Shown: positions 1-13,916 of the stretch, piece after piece
How the letters are laid out: every line of letters begins with the position of its first letter
Position numbering within the stretch: position 1 is the stretch's first letter
Origin: Paraphysomonas bandaiensis
Lineage: Eukaryota > Protista > Chrysophyceae
Reading direction: 5' to 3'
NCBI GenBank assembly: GCA_965644295.1
Contig: CBFFRP010000146.1
Coordinates: forward strand, 558,001-622,000
Length of the DNA stretch: 64,000 nt
The notes under the pieces: generated by a model
Database searches by the model: none
Told to the model about the DNA's origin: nothing
What the model saw: only the letters and a program-made list of their open reading frames with translations
Translations under genes and position numbers: made by a program

Positions 1-11
1 ATTTCGAATAT

Positions 12-3000
12 CTAGCCTCTGTTAGGTGATAGGGAATAATCTGTTAAGCAGGATGAATCTTGTTCAGCGTCAGACGACGACACATACCAGGAACAACTCC
101 CCTCATCATGCCCACATGCTACAACAGATGAAGCTGCCGACATATCGTCAGCAGAGATACCATCACTCCCGATTTCCGGGGTGTAGTCACCAAGCTCAGT
201 TCTCTTACCCTGGAATTTCATATCAGATGGAATATCATTTATCGCAAATATAGGTCCAATAGAAACTTTAGAAGGGCTAGTACCAGATGCCAGACATCGA
301 ATATACGCCATTTCGTCAGGAGTAAAGTGCTCGACATATACTTCCGTGTCACTCTTAGATTCTGAGTTCGCCGGCACCACGGAACGCTCAGACCCTCGGT
401 ACCGCGTCTTTTGTACTCTCCATGCATTTAAAGCGAATTTCGCAACAGTTTTCCACACTAACAATGATTGGTATTTGCACTTTTTCGAAGGTTGGGAAAA
501 ATGATATCCAGAGTGAGAATGCTGAAGTCTGAGCTGCTCCTCTCTAGCTTGAGATTCGAACACCATTTCAGTTAGAGACTTTATTTTATCTTGGGCGGCA
601 CTGAGTTGTTTGACCAGAGACGAAGATATTAAATCATCGGCGCCAGACGTGTCACCAGGCCAACTGCCACAAGACGAGGACTGGTTCCATGAGCACTGCA
701 CAACATATTTAAATATATACAGAAAAAGCTATTAACATGGTACCTGAGAGTGTAATGACTCTATGCTGCTTTGTAGTGAATATGCACTTGACACATGCTG
801 TTCTGTAACAGAAAATTCAGAAGTCGAAGAGCAGTCACCTAGTTGCGACTTTAAATTTTCCTGTGCCTGGGGCTCATAATCAGAGGTATGTGTAGTTTTT
901 GTGGCTTCTTCGGCAAGATTATCTACAATACTCTCCAGCTTTTTGAGCTCCTTATCTTTTCTTGAGATGCTAATCCGTAATTGCGAACACTGTTCTTTTA
1001 AACTACTCCTTTCGTTTGATATTTCTAGCAGCTGAGTTTCTAAAGCTACTACACGAGACATTGCAGCACTGGCTTTTCCCCGCCATTCCTCGATTGCAGA
1101 GCGCAAGGATTCACGAGCACGTGCCCACTCAGTCTCGCGAGACTGGGCCTCCTGAATAACAGTTTGCAGTTGTCCCAATAATGGTCCCACAATATCTTCC
1201 GATGCTTCTTTCGCGGCAACTGAAGCCGACGTGGCAGCGACCTGAAAAGACGAAGATTCATTTGATTTAAGAATAGCTTCTTTCTCAGACAGCAACGTGG
1301 AGTATTTCTCTTCCCAGGAAACACACTGTGAACATTCACCACTCCAGACATCACTAGTTATGGTGGAAACATCTTTCGAGTCGCACTTGACAATTTCACT
1401 GCGTACAGAAATTGCAGATTTAAGGGAATCTGCTTCTTCGGACAGAGAAGAAAATTGCTGGAGCACTTTGGAGTATTTCATCTCCATCCTACTAAGTGCT
1501 TTAATGGAGTCTGTTAATTCCTTTTCAGAATCAGTCAAAGAAACTGTGAGTTTATCTCTTTCTACACGAAGGTTAGAAAGCTCCTTCTGTTGTTTCTCAA
1601 ACTGCTGAGTTACTTGCTGCAATTGCTCACTTAAATCACGAATCTCAGTAGTATGTTTCTCCATGTTAGCATTTAGTGAGTCTTCCGCTGACACCGATAG
1701 ACTTTGGTAATGATCACGTTCAATTTTTAATTCTTCAAACTGTAGATCATACCTCTCTTTACAAGTTTTCAATAGGTGCTCTGCTTCAACAACAGCATTT
1801 TGCAATTCAAAGCATTGCGATTTCGCTTCAAGCATCTTTTTGTTTGTTTGATCATTGGTTTTCTCGATATTAGATAAAGCATCGCTTAGTGCAGTATTCT
1901 CTGCGCGCAGTTCAAGAATCTTTGCATGACTTTCTTCCTCACATTTTCTAAATTTATCTTCCATTTCACAGATCTCGTTGCGGAGGGAAATTCTCTGCGT
2001 GTCATACTCTTGGAGTTGGCGTCTATAATGAGATATATTTTGACTATAAGCGTTCTCATTTCCTGTCGCCTCATTTCGAATATTACTGATTTGAAGGTTT
2101 AAATCAAGAACTCTACGCTCATAACTCTCTACACAGGCATCATATCTCTCTTCGGAATGAGCCACCTCCTTTTTCAACCTCTCACATTCAGATTTCAATT
2201 CATTAAACTGCGTTTCAACATTATGCTGGACTGAACTCATGGATGTTTTTTGTTCAGCTAGTAGCTGACGTAATCTGTCGATATCAGTCTGAAGCGAAGC
2301 GACTTCACTCTTGTGATTTTCATTTATTCGTGCCATCGTTTCTTCATGTCGCGCAACTGAAGCGCTAAGGTCACTATTCGCCGATTGCAGCTTCAACATA
2401 TCTGCTTGGTATGATTCTGAAAGCTGCTTCAACTTTAGCTCAGACTGTTCTTCCGATTCGGATAATTGTTCCGTAAGACCATTACACTTGAGCTGGAGCT
2501 CATGAAGCATTCTTGTCATCTTAATCAGCTCTTCTTGTTTCGTTGTCAGTTGCAAGTGACTGTCTTCTACAACCCTTTGTAGATTCGCTAAAGCTGAATC
2601 ACTATCTCCCAATTCTGACTGCAGATGAGTAGGAGAGAAATTCATGACTGGATCATCAGAGCCAACATCCTTCTCCACGGAGCCGCACTTCAGATGAGAT
2701 ATAAGTGAGTGCATACTGTGAATCTGTTCTAACTCTTTGCCGTATTTCACGTGCCAGTCTGAAGAGTGCGACTGGTCGCTTTCAGAAATCAATGGTGGGG
2801 AAGGCGTAAATGCTTTTGAGCAAGGTGAAGGGGCTACAGTATGTGTCGACTCAATGCCCTCTTCATCATCAGTGTGCACAGTAGCTACACTGCGCAATAT
2901 ACCTTTTATTTTATCTTCGTACATTCGAGCAGTGCGAGCTTTTTCGTCCTGCCACAGCACCGCAAACTTCTTTTCTGATTCCTCAGCTACCTTCATCAGT

Positions 3001-6000
3001 TCGACTTTGTGCATTTGTGTAACGTCGGCATATTCACATTTCATCCTCTCAAACTCAGCACGAGTAGCAATTAAATCCGCTTTCAAGGTTGTATTATCTT
3101 GATCGAGTAAGTTCCTTCGATAAGACTCCGTGCTAACCTCCTGCTGCGCCTTTTCCAACGCAGCACGTGCTTGAAACAGTTCCGAATTTAGCACAGTACA
3201 ATTTTTACATGGTGAGCTTTCCATTGATTCGAGCTTGAGCCTACAGTCCAAAACTTACAAGCGAAATGGATATATATCACTGTATACCTATCAGCTTCTG
3301 TGAATATATCTTTTTGAAGCGACTTCTCCGGCACGACACAAACAATTTCCGATAGAGTTTTACAGTCCTCGCGCAGCGCGGCCAGCTCGTGGAATGTACG
3401 GTCCTTAATGGTGGTCAAACAGCCTCGAAGACGTTTGATGAGTACATCCTTATCGTGCATAGCCTGAGTCAACGCACCAATTTTCGCGTTACTGGCATCG
3501 CATTCTGCCTGCACATAAATTTTACTATTTAAGAACCTGACGGCAGATTTATAATACCTGAAGTAATCCTACGGACCGTTCAACCGAATGAGCAATATTT
3601 TTGTAGTGTTGGGTATCGTTCTGGACGAGACTAACTTGAGTTTCAGCCGATTTGGCCCTAGATTCGGCTTCAACAACAGCCTCTTTTAATGCCATCAACT
3701 CCTTCTCTTTTAAATCAGTGTACCTTTGTAGTGAGGACAGAGATTCACGATCCGATTCCCATCGGGATGTTTCAGCGTTTAATTTATTCTGAAGAGCATC
3801 TCTCTCTTGTTTACATACAGCCAGCTCACTCTCTTTCTCACGTAATTCATCCGATATTAGACTTTTATCAGCTTTGTATTGTTTAATCTCAGCGCTCATA
3901 GAATCACATCTAGCTTGCAGCCGTTCGATTTCTTCTTCGGCTTCACAGCAACGTTTATCGACGTCCTGCTTTAGTTTAGACATAGTAGTTTCCGATGATG
4001 ACAGTGCAGCTAGAAGCTCCGATTCTCTCTTCTCAGCTCTCGTTCTCATACGTGCGAGTTGGTCCGTTGAGTGTTGTGTAGAATTAGAGAACTCCTCCTT
4101 GACTACCACCAAATGTCTCTTAAGTTCAGCCACCTCACTTTCTCTGCTGACTACCGTACGCTGACTCTCCATCAGTTCTGCTCGTAAAGTAGTTAAGAGC
4201 TGCTCTGTACTCTCCGTCGTGGATTTCATGTTTTGAAGTGACCGCTGCGCACCTTCGATTTCTTCTTTAAGACGAATCTCTCTCGACTGTGCCTTTCCTA
4301 AATCATCCTTAACTTCTTTTAATTCCTGCGATTGTCGCTCCAACAACACAGACCGTCCATCAATCTCTTCCTCTAGGCGTCTCACCGCGGACAAAGCGTC
4401 AGTCTCTCTATCCTCTGCTCGAGACAACTTGTTACGGAGCGAAGTAATAGTATCTGCATCATGCTTCTGTTGGGACATTGCCCGAGTAAGCTTATCTTTG
4501 AGGTCATTACATTCACTTCGGATCTGATGATTCTCTTCTTCCTTTTCCAATAGTCGTTCCATATGCTGTCTCTGCTGCCCGCTGATGGCCTCCTTAAGGC
4601 GCATTTTTTCGCTATCAATGGTTTGTCTCTCCGAACCAGCCAAGTCCTTTAGTACCTCCACCTCGGCAACTGCAAGATCGCGCTCTCTCTCCAACAGTCC
4701 ACGGTCAGCTTTCATTTTTCGTACTAGTTCATCCATTTCCCTCCGCATTCTATCCTGCTCACACTGCAACTGCTCCACCTCCCTAGATACGGCCTCCTCC
4801 TCTCTCTCTGCAGTCAACTTTGCGTCTTCCAGCGCCTTCTCTGCCCAACGAACTCTATCTTCAAGAGCGGTCCGCCGAGAAGCATGTTCCTCCTCCAGTT
4901 TCTGTCGACTGCGCCGGGCTTCTTCCAGCTCCGCATGACACCTAGAAAGCTCTTCCCTAGATGCCTGTAGCACATCATCAAGTTCCATTCGGCACCGCTC
5001 TGCTTCTTCTTCTGCTGTCTGTGCACGAGCTACCCACGCATCTCGATCTCCACGCTCCGCCCCCAGCTCCATACCCATACCCTCCACACGAGATGTCAGG
5101 CTCGATACTTGGGCATTCAGCTTTGCCACACGTTCCTGTTCCCTTCGTTCACTAGACCTGAGCTCTGCTAGCTCACGCTGAGCAGCGATGTGCATTTCTT
5201 CAGCCCTCCCTAGTCGTAAACAGGTTTCAGATAGTTCTCGTAAAAGTAGACTTGTTTTAGAATTCGCCGCATCCATATCTTGACGAGAGTACAAGGGAAT
5301 CTGCTTCGCAGTCTCTCCAAGAGCACGTTCAGTCTTGCCCTCTAGAGACACTAAGCCAGATCCAATATTAGCCCCAAGACTATGCAGTAGATGAGATAAC
5401 TCTTCAAACCTCACCGGAAACAAACTACGAATAGTATCTGCGTGCAACACACTTAGGTCATCTAGCCCAGTAAGAGCAGACATGTTTGACTCTCGGTGAT
5501 CCTGTGGAGATTTCATACGCTCTGCATCAGGCGAGCTCATCGTATACGTCGGCGTTGTCTTTACCATTCCATGAGTGTCTGAAGACGGGGATGTAACAGC
5601 GGTGGAAGATTGCATGCTATTTCTCCTCGTGCGCTTGTCATCCACATCATCCCCCATAGAAATTACTTTAAACCCGACCTTTCTAATATCATCAACTCTC
5701 TTCTTCAATAAGTCAAATACGTAATCAAAAGGGGCCAAGTAAACATCGTTTCCATCAACAGAATTGATAACATCACCAATTGTAATCTCCCGCAGTAGTA
5801 TGGCCTTAGTAGCTTGCTTATACTCACTCGAGAAATGAAACCCCTTCACTCTGCAGCCCAGTCTGCGTTCCGGATTGTGAGATATAAGCACAGGTTCCAA
5901 AATTAACCCCATTGGACCAACAGGAAATTGTATGTTATATTTGTGAGCATCAATCCTCTCCACTACTGGTAAATTCGAATCATATTTTAAACTCTTTGTG

Positions 6001-6167
6001 GGTGTCTCAACTGAACGCTTCTTCTTAGTAGACATTGTTTTAATGATGTCTTTGCTACTGCTGCGTCGATTGCGCCGATCTGATGAATTCAAATCAGTAG
6101 GTGTGAGTGTTTTGAGTGCACTCTCTCGGTGTAATTTACGCGGAGTGATGGGGGCATCCGCCATCAT
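12..6167 (-). CDS. Large coiled-coil protein with an N-terminal PDZ-like domain (~2003 aa, 4 exons)
   Basis: ORFs 3549-6167, 3188-3514, 732-3251 and 12-701 join in frame through GT-AG introns at 3509-3557, 3241-3287 and 696-743. PDZ-like segment: 'IQFPVGPMGLILEP...ITIGDVINSVDGNDVYLAPFDYVFDLLK'. A long E/K/Q/L-rich heptad region follows. Confidence 0.8.
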
Positions 6168-6516
6168 ATTCTCTGTCGTATAATAATAAAAAACACTATG
6201 AAATCAATAGACAAGAAACTTAAAATAACTCGTTCAACTTGTTCTCTCACTGGGATATGAGGGAAGTACTGGACATAGCAGGTATTCTACGCTATAGGCA
6301 CTCAATATCCACATGAATTATACTTATAATTTCAAGTCGACATGTATGTCTATGTATACACATATACATGTACACTTCGTACATGCTACTCGTATGATAT
6401 ATTCAAAAAACCAAAGAGATCTATGAGGAGGAAATCGCGATTTCTATGAACTTCCACTTCATGAAATTTGAATTTTAGGAAATAAAAAACACTTCCATCA
6501 CTTTCTTCATTCTCTC

Positions 6517-8980
6517 TACATCACATCAAACCAACGGTCACTTCTATGTTCTTGTGACGGTATTCCATATCAAAATAGATATTGTATTCCAGGAGTATTC
6601 TTATGTATGTAGATTTATTGGCTGGTGGCATGATCTTATAGCTTGCACTGTATCTTAACGGACAAAGCATCCCGTCCTCTATCCACCTCACTATCACTAT
6701 ACTATAGCCATTGTTATTTTGACAATGCTCAACCACAGTGACACATTAGAAGTTCTTTGAACGATCGGCCAGTCATTGTTGTCGGTAGCTGTAAATATGT
6801 GGAGGAAGGACTGTACACGGCTACTAACATGTACTAGAAAGATTTCGTCTTCAATAGTAAATATATTACCCATGGCTTTATAACTGTTCCTATTTTACTT
6901 TTGGATGTGTCAAATTAGCAACAGTAAACCATATGGAGGCATACATTACGATTCATTGTGATACTTACAATTATTTAACTGCATTTGACACAGAAGAGCT
7001 GTCGCTGATAACCGCACAAAACACCTAATGACGCTGCCATTTTACAGTGTATTTTCTGGTTCAATTTCAGAGATGTAGTTTTATAAAACGGAAGCGGTAT
7101 TACTTACACATGACTATGAGCTGCTCAGGGGGGGGTTACCAGGGATAGGGAAAAGTATATTGCAATACTATTGTTAGATAGGCCTACAACACTATTGCAA
7201 TATATTGGCATATATTAGTATGAATTATCAGTAAGTAAACATATCCGTAGTTTTCAGTACTTGTCATTATCAGGTCTACGGTCACTACTCTTAACTGATT
7301 AAAAGTTTCCTCATACTCATCCTCTGAGCCATCATCGGTGACATAATCATCACCAAATTCATCCAATATTAATTGAAATATGCTCGCATCCGGCCACAAC
7401 TGTCGGGTAGCTTTCAGAAACAACAGCATATTAAGTGTATATTGTGCAACACTCATATAATCAGTTTTGATGCGCTGAACAGGCGTTCACATGTATTGGA
7501 AGTACATACTACCTGACTCGTGCACCTGCACTTAGATATTTCATCTTTCCGTTTCTTCAATTTTTGATCTGATTGAAGAATGTTCTCCACTTAGCTATCC
7601 AACTTCAGCTTCATCATCCTCTGTATTGTTGCAATAATCACTGTCTGATCTGAGATTTATATACATGGACTTATATTTTTTACCCTACTGTTAAGAATAT
7701 TTCTGTATATGATATTGATATATTGTGAGCTACTTTACAATATGATTGATAGAATATTTGACCAGTCCACCAATCAATATATTTTACAATATATTGCAAT
7801 ATATTGTTCCCTATCCCTGGGGCTTACAATTTAGAGCGACGTGAAATACATGACCATTCCAAACATAAAAGAAAACTTACAGATAAGTGCAATTCTTTCT
7901 AGATAATAAATAGAAAACTACTACATTACATTACATCATGCATAGTATTCTCAATACTCGTTTCAACAACATCTGAAATGTCATTAAATGTCGCTCTTAC
8001 AATGGCATTGCTACAAAAAATATAACTGAGAATTGAAGATTCGCTGTTACTTGAATCGAGTTATGAGCACTGCAATTTGATATAAAATTTACACAGCTGC
8101 AATCTACAACTAAGCGTACTATCTACCATTCCATATTAAAGATCAAATTACAATTACACACCACTTGAGATTAAATTATAACAGGAAAAAAGCACGATGA
8201 TATGTCTGGCGTCTCTCATTACCTATTCAATGGACCACATCACATGATGTCTTCGTCTGTCAGTTTCTGAAGCACTATAATGACCCTTTTTCTCAAGATA
8301 TGTCACATAGTGGATATAGTCTTTCCACTCTTTCCTAGATGATAGTGTATTGTGATTCCACCGAGGGGACAACTGAAGGATTCCAGAATTTGGCTAACTC
8401 TGTTGAGCATGCAGACAATGTACACAAAAGCTACATCATTGACACCGTCATATTACCCTTCTGAAGCCTAGTGATCAGCATATCCTCTACTGCCTTTAAC
8501 GTTCTTCTTGTATTTACTTCACTCGTTTTTCAAGAATGAGTTCTTCTCTCGTGTCCGCAGCCTGTTACCATTCGCAACGACAAAAGATATTTTCATCTAG
8601 TACGCTTTCAATAGATGTTGCCAGTGCAAGCACTGAAATTTTTTTAAGCATTAAAGGTCTTATGCTGCTTCTCTGCGGCCATCCCTTCAGTAGAAGCTAC
8701 AGCATCAGTAATTAGATCTATGACCTTTGACCGCAACAGAGCCGTCGCAGTTATCAAAAAGGTAGAATATCGAACAGCTTGAACTGTTTGTTCAAACCAC
8801 TTCAACAGACTGATGTCCCAGGTTCATCAGACCCATCAGCACAGTCAATATAAATCGGGATTGCTTCCGTGTATTTACCACGTTGACTTTGCTTTATTCC
8901 TTTGGATTGTAAAGTAGAAGCTCCATCTTTAGAATGTAGGGTGCTAACCAACTCAGCATCTGTTTAGATGATAGGAGCAT
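6517..8980 (+). repeat. 2.46-kb direct segmental duplication, copy 1
   Basis: By eye matches 10737-13202 from 'tacatcacatcaaacc' to 'gataggagcat'. The only difference I saw is a G-run (8 vs 10 G). Confidence 0.95.
7140..7819. mobile_element. Non-autonomous TIR element (hAT-like), 680 bp
   Basis: TIRs cagggatagggaaaagtatattgcaata / tattgcaatatattgttccctatccctg. Flanking 8-mers ggggttac (7132-7139) and gggcttac (7820-7827) form a 7/8 TSD. Confidence 0.8.
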
Positions 8981-9090
8981 TCTCGATATATCGCGGTATG
9001 TATATCGCGATACCCTTTTATATCGCGGATTTTGGTCCAGGACACTCATCACACATAATTATAATGGAAAACTGAGGTCATTTTCTGTTA

Positions 9091-9213
9091 CAAGGGTAAG
9101 CATTTTTTGGTAAGCATTCCTTACCAAAAAACGCCGAAAATCAATTTCTGTTTGCCCTGGTAAGCATTTTCGGGGTAAGTTTTTGAAAATGCTTACCAAA
9201 ATGCTTACCCTGG
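9091..9213. mobile_element. Nested ~123-bp MITE
   Basis: Inverted termini caagggtaagcattttttggtaagcatt / aatgcttaccaaaatgcttaccctgg with internal GGTAAGCATT repeats. No clear TSD. Confidence 0.65.
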
Positions 9214-10077
9214 AGAGAGAGTGGGGGGGTAAAATTTGGAATCCTTACCTGAGGATGAAATGTAATGATGCGCAAGAGTCTTTTTCTCTCATCGAAGGAC
9301 GTCTGCTCATAAGAAGGATATATGTCTCATGATTTTCAATGTCGCGTGCTGCAAGAACTTCGAATACCTGTTATTGAGAAATTTCTTCGTTACATACCCT
9401 CAATAACAGGAGGCTCATGAGACCATTCTGGAGTCATTCCCTGAGAATGCATGGAGTTCACAAATAGCAACACTTGGACACCTGATTGAAACTTGGGCAA
9501 AAGCCGAAAAAGGCGGAGATATGTTTGGCACTTACTGAAGAGTACACTAAGGAAAATGCACTGGGGGATATTTACCTCAAACGAATGCGTAATATGACTT
9601 TGGAGTGAACATCGAAGTGCAGGTAATTGAAAGCTGAATTGAAGCATTGAGTATAAGTTTACCTTCTGTTGTTAAGTTAATACTTCTCGTATAATGTCAA
9701 ACTTTGATACAGAGGATGAGTATGAGAAAACTTTTAATTATTTAAGCAGTAGGGTTTCATTATCAAGTGACATTATAAGACAAGTACTAATAATTCAATT
9801 TACGGAAACCTTAATGCGTGTAAGAACCAGCTATCAGGTTATTTTATGCTATATGAGCTCTCTATTGTATATGCTTAAGTTTGTACATACCATCTGTACA
9901 ACATAGGTTGAATATTGCTATGTTCTATATTGTTATTCATAATTTTCACTCTATCGTGTTCATTACTAACACTCTAATAATCACAACATTGTTTTACTAT
10001 TATAAAGATCAATTCTTTATTATAATGAGACATAATGAAGAACAAATAAGAGCAGTATCACTGCACTTCAGCAGTCA

Positions 10078-10356
10078 ATGTCTTTAGAGGACGAAGGCGA
10101 TGACGATGACGAGGATGATTGTATTAACACCAATGGAAATGATAGTGCTATTACTGCTGTGCAAGCCGACAATGCTGTTTTAATGTTACTCGATTATGCT
10201 ACCCAGGAGGGGCATTCAACAGCGCATATTGAGCTCCTCAGAAAAGTGCAGAATAATATTCATACAGAAAGGCACAAGAATCATTCTAAGGTACAAACTT
10301 CTCTGCATCAGTTTTTTTCAGCACGTACTAAAGGTTCTGAAGTCCATGAAATTTAA
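10078..10356 (+). pseudogene. C-terminal remnant of a pogo-family transposase
   Basis: Acidic run DEGDDDDEDD, then a helical segment and QTSLHQFF (QxxLxxFF). Lies inside the TIR-bounded element. Confidence 0.6.
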
Positions 10357-10736
10357 TAATTTTATCTTATTGTTAGCTAGGAATGTAGTAAGTGTGTTAA
10401 GAAATTGAATACCATAAATTCCATAAATAATGATATATTAGTAACTTATTTCACAAATTCTTTGCATGTGCCATTCAGTAATAGGAGTACTATGCTATAC
10501 AGACACGACATTGTGGATATATTGCACAGTCTTAAGCTCCTTAAACTTGTTCTCTATGACTTTGCGGAATACAGTGCTGTATTTTACTATTAAATATATC
10601 TATTCATACCTGTACTAGGAATTCCTACTGTATACCGGTATATATTATATAGGGAAACAAATTGTATATCGCGATATTGCGATATATCGCGATTTCCTCT
10701 CCAGGACACTTTCCGCGATATATCGAGAATGCGCTG

Positions 10737-13202
10737 TACATCACATCAAACCAACGGTCACTTCTATGTTCTTGTGACGGTATTCCATATCAAAATAGAT
10801 ATTGTATTCCAGGAGTATTCTTATGTATGTAGATTTATTGGCTGGTGGCATGATCTTATAGCTTGCACTGTATCTTAACGGACAAAGCATCCCGTCCTCT
10901 ATCCACCTCACTATCACTATACTATAGCCATTGTTATTTTGACAATGCTCAACCACAGTGACACATTAGAAGTTCTTTGAACGATCGGCCAGTCATTGTT
11001 GTCGGTAGCTGTAAATATGTGGAGGAAGGACTGTACACGGCTACTAACATGTACTAGAAAGATTTCGTCTTCAATAGTAAATATATTACCCATGGCTTTA
11101 TAACTGTTCCTATTTTACTTTTGGATGTGTCAAATTAGCAACAGTAAACCATATGGAGGCATACATTACGATTCATTGTGATACTTACAATTATTTAACT
11201 GCATTTGACACAGAAGAGCTGTCGCTGATAACCGCACAAAACACCTAATGACGCTGCCATTTTACAGTGTATTTTCTGGTTCAATTTCAGAGATGTAGTT
11301 TTATAAAACGGAAGCGGTATTACTTACACATGACTATGAGCTGCTCAGGGGGGGGGGTTACCAGGGATAGGGAAAAGTATATTGCAATACTATTGTTAGA
11401 TAGGCCTACAACACTATTGCAATATATTGGCATATATTAGTATGAATTATCAGTAAGTAAACATATCCGTAGTTTTCAGTACTTGTCATTATCAGGTCTA
11501 CGGTCACTACTCTTAACTGATTAAAAGTTTCCTCATACTCATCCTCTGAGCCATCATCGGTGACATAATCATCACCAAATTCATCCAATATTAATTGAAA
11601 TATGCTCGCATCCGGCCACAACTGTCGGGTAGCTTTCAGAAACAACAGCATATTAAGTGTATATTGTGCAACACTCATATAATCAGTTTTGATGCGCTGA
11701 ACAGGCGTTCACATGTATTGGAAGTACATACTACCTGACTCGTGCACCTGCACTTAGATATTTCATCTTTCCGTTTCTTCAATTTTTGATCTGATTGAAG
11801 AATGTTCTCCACTTAGCTATCCAACTTCAGCTTCATCATCCTCTGTATTGTTGCAATAATCACTGTCTGATCTGAGATTTATATACATGGACTTATATTT
11901 TTTACCCTACTGTTAAGAATATTTCTGTATATGATATTGATATATTGTGAGCTACTTTACAATATGATTGATAGAATATTTGACCAGTCCACCAATCAAT
12001 ATATTTTACAATATATTGCAATATATTGTTCCCTATCCCTGGGGCTTACAATTTAGAGCGACGTGAAATACATGACCATTCCAAACATAAAAGAAAACTT
12101 ACAGATAAGTGCAATTCTTTCTAGATAATAAATAGAAAACTACTACATTACATTACATCATGCATAGTATTCTCAATACTCGTTTCAACAACATCTGAAA
12201 TGTCATTAAATGTCGCTCTTACAATGGCATTGCTACAAAAAATATAACTGAGAATTGAAGATTCGCTGTTACTTGAATCGAGTTATGAGCACTGCAATTT
12301 GATATAAAATTTACACAGCTGCAATCTACAACTAAGCGTACTATCTACCATTCCATATTAAAGATCAAATTACAATTACACACCACTTGAGATTAAATTA
12401 TAACAGGAAAAAAGCACGATGATATGTCTGGCGTCTCTCATTACCTATTCAATGGACCACATCACATGATGTCTTCGTCTGTCAGTTTCTGAAGCACTAT
12501 AATGACCCTTTTTCTCAAGATATGTCACATAGTGGATATAGTCTTTCCACTCTTTCCTAGATGATAGTGTATTGTGATTCCACCGAGGGGACAACTGAAG
12601 GATTCCAGAATTTGGCTAACTCTGTTGAGCATGCAGACAATGTACACAAAAGCTACATCATTGACACCGTCATATTACCCTTCTGAAGCCTAGTGATCAG
12701 CATATCCTCTACTGCCTTTAACGTTCTTCTTGTATTTACTTCACTCGTTTTTCAAGAATGAGTTCTTCTCTCGTGTCCGCAGCCTGTTACCATTCGCAAC
12801 GACAAAAGATATTTTCATCTAGTACGCTTTCAATAGATGTTGCCAGTGCAAGCACTGAAATTTTTTTAAGCATTAAAGGTCTTATGCTGCTTCTCTGCGG
12901 CCATCCCTTCAGTAGAAGCTACAGCATCAGTAATTAGATCTATGACCTTTGACCGCAACAGAGCCGTCGCAGTTATCAAAAAGGTAGAATATCGAACAGC
13001 TTGAACTGTTTGTTCAAACCACTTCAACAGACTGATGTCCCAGGTTCATCAGACCCATCAGCACAGTCAATATAAATCGGGATTGCTTCCGTGTATTTAC
13101 CACGTTGACTTTGCTTTATTCCTTTGGATTGTAAAGTAGAAGCTCCATCTTTAGAATGTAGGGTGCTAACCAACTCAGCATCTGTTTAGATGATAGGAGC
13201 AT
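10737..13202 (+). repeat. 2.46-kb direct segmental duplication, copy 2 (includes a second copy of the 680-bp hAT-like element at 11362-12041)
   Basis: Matches 6517-8980 at an offset of 4220-4222 bp. Confidence 0.95.
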
Positions 13203-13526
13203 GCCATGTATGTTCACTGCACGACAGATGAGCCGAGACCGTGCCACAGTATTCCAAGCTGAATAATATACAGTGTATATTCCAAGATGTTGTATACCAG
13301 TATACAGCAGTAGGCTGGAAATTCATGATATTCATACTACTAAACACCACGAAATCGTAAAATATGGAACATTTTGTATAAAATACTCCATAATACGCAT
13401 AAAATATCCCACTTTACAGAGTGCATTACCATAACATGGAGTTAACATCATTAACATAAGCAGGCAGCTCTATGAGTTGAGACCGTGTATAATTAAATAT
13501 ATTTACTCTTTGTTCTTGACACGATT

Positions 13527-13916
13527 ATGAGTTCAAAGGACACATCTAGAAAAGGATCTGTTGCTCTGCGCGAACTACTGGAACACCAACAGCAGATTAA
13601 AGACTGGTTACGTGAGTGTGAGAAGCGTATATATGAACTCGAAGAAAATTATTTAGAGGAAACTCCATTAGGAAATATTGTCCGTGGATGGGAAGTAGAC
13701 AGTAAGCCCGTGTCTTCACGACCACGTGCTATCGATGACAAGGAGCGGTTGTTTTCTAACTCATCATACAAGGTGTACATTGCAAGTAAAGGGCTCGCAG
13801 ATGCTGAAAACAACAAAGTCAATATAAAAACAGAACAAACGTCACAACCTAGGAAGAAGGCAAGAAAATCATCTATCAAAAAAGAAGAAACTTATGATGA
13901 CTGGGATGAAGAATAG
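13527..13916 (+). CDS. EAF6: Chromatin modification protein EAF6/MEAF6 (NuA4 subunit)
   Basis: 'EKRIYELEENYLEETPLGNIVRGWE...ERLFSNSS' matches the NuA4/Eaf6 signature. Confidence 0.88.
   Translation: MSSKDTSRKGSVALRELLEHQQQIKDWLRECEKRIYELEENYLEETPLGNIVRGWEVDSKPVSSRPRAIDDKERLFSNSSYKVYIASKGLADAENNKVNIKTEQTSQPRKKARKSSIKKEETYDDWDEE

Larger units (their letters stand above)
8977..10736 (+). mobile_element. Defective pogo/Tigger-like (Tc1/mariner superfamily) DNA transposon
   Basis: TIR gcattctcgatatatcgcgg (8977-8996) / ccgcgatatatcgagaatgcgctg followed by TA at 10737. Repeated subterminal 'tatatcgcg' motifs. Remnant ORF 10078-10356 has an acidic tract and a C-terminal PIP-box-like QTSLHQFF, as in pogo-family transposases. 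Confidence 0.8.

Noticed and set aside
7840-8980. Coding-like minus-strand sequence inside the duplicated segment
   Set aside because: Multiple stops and no identifiable family.
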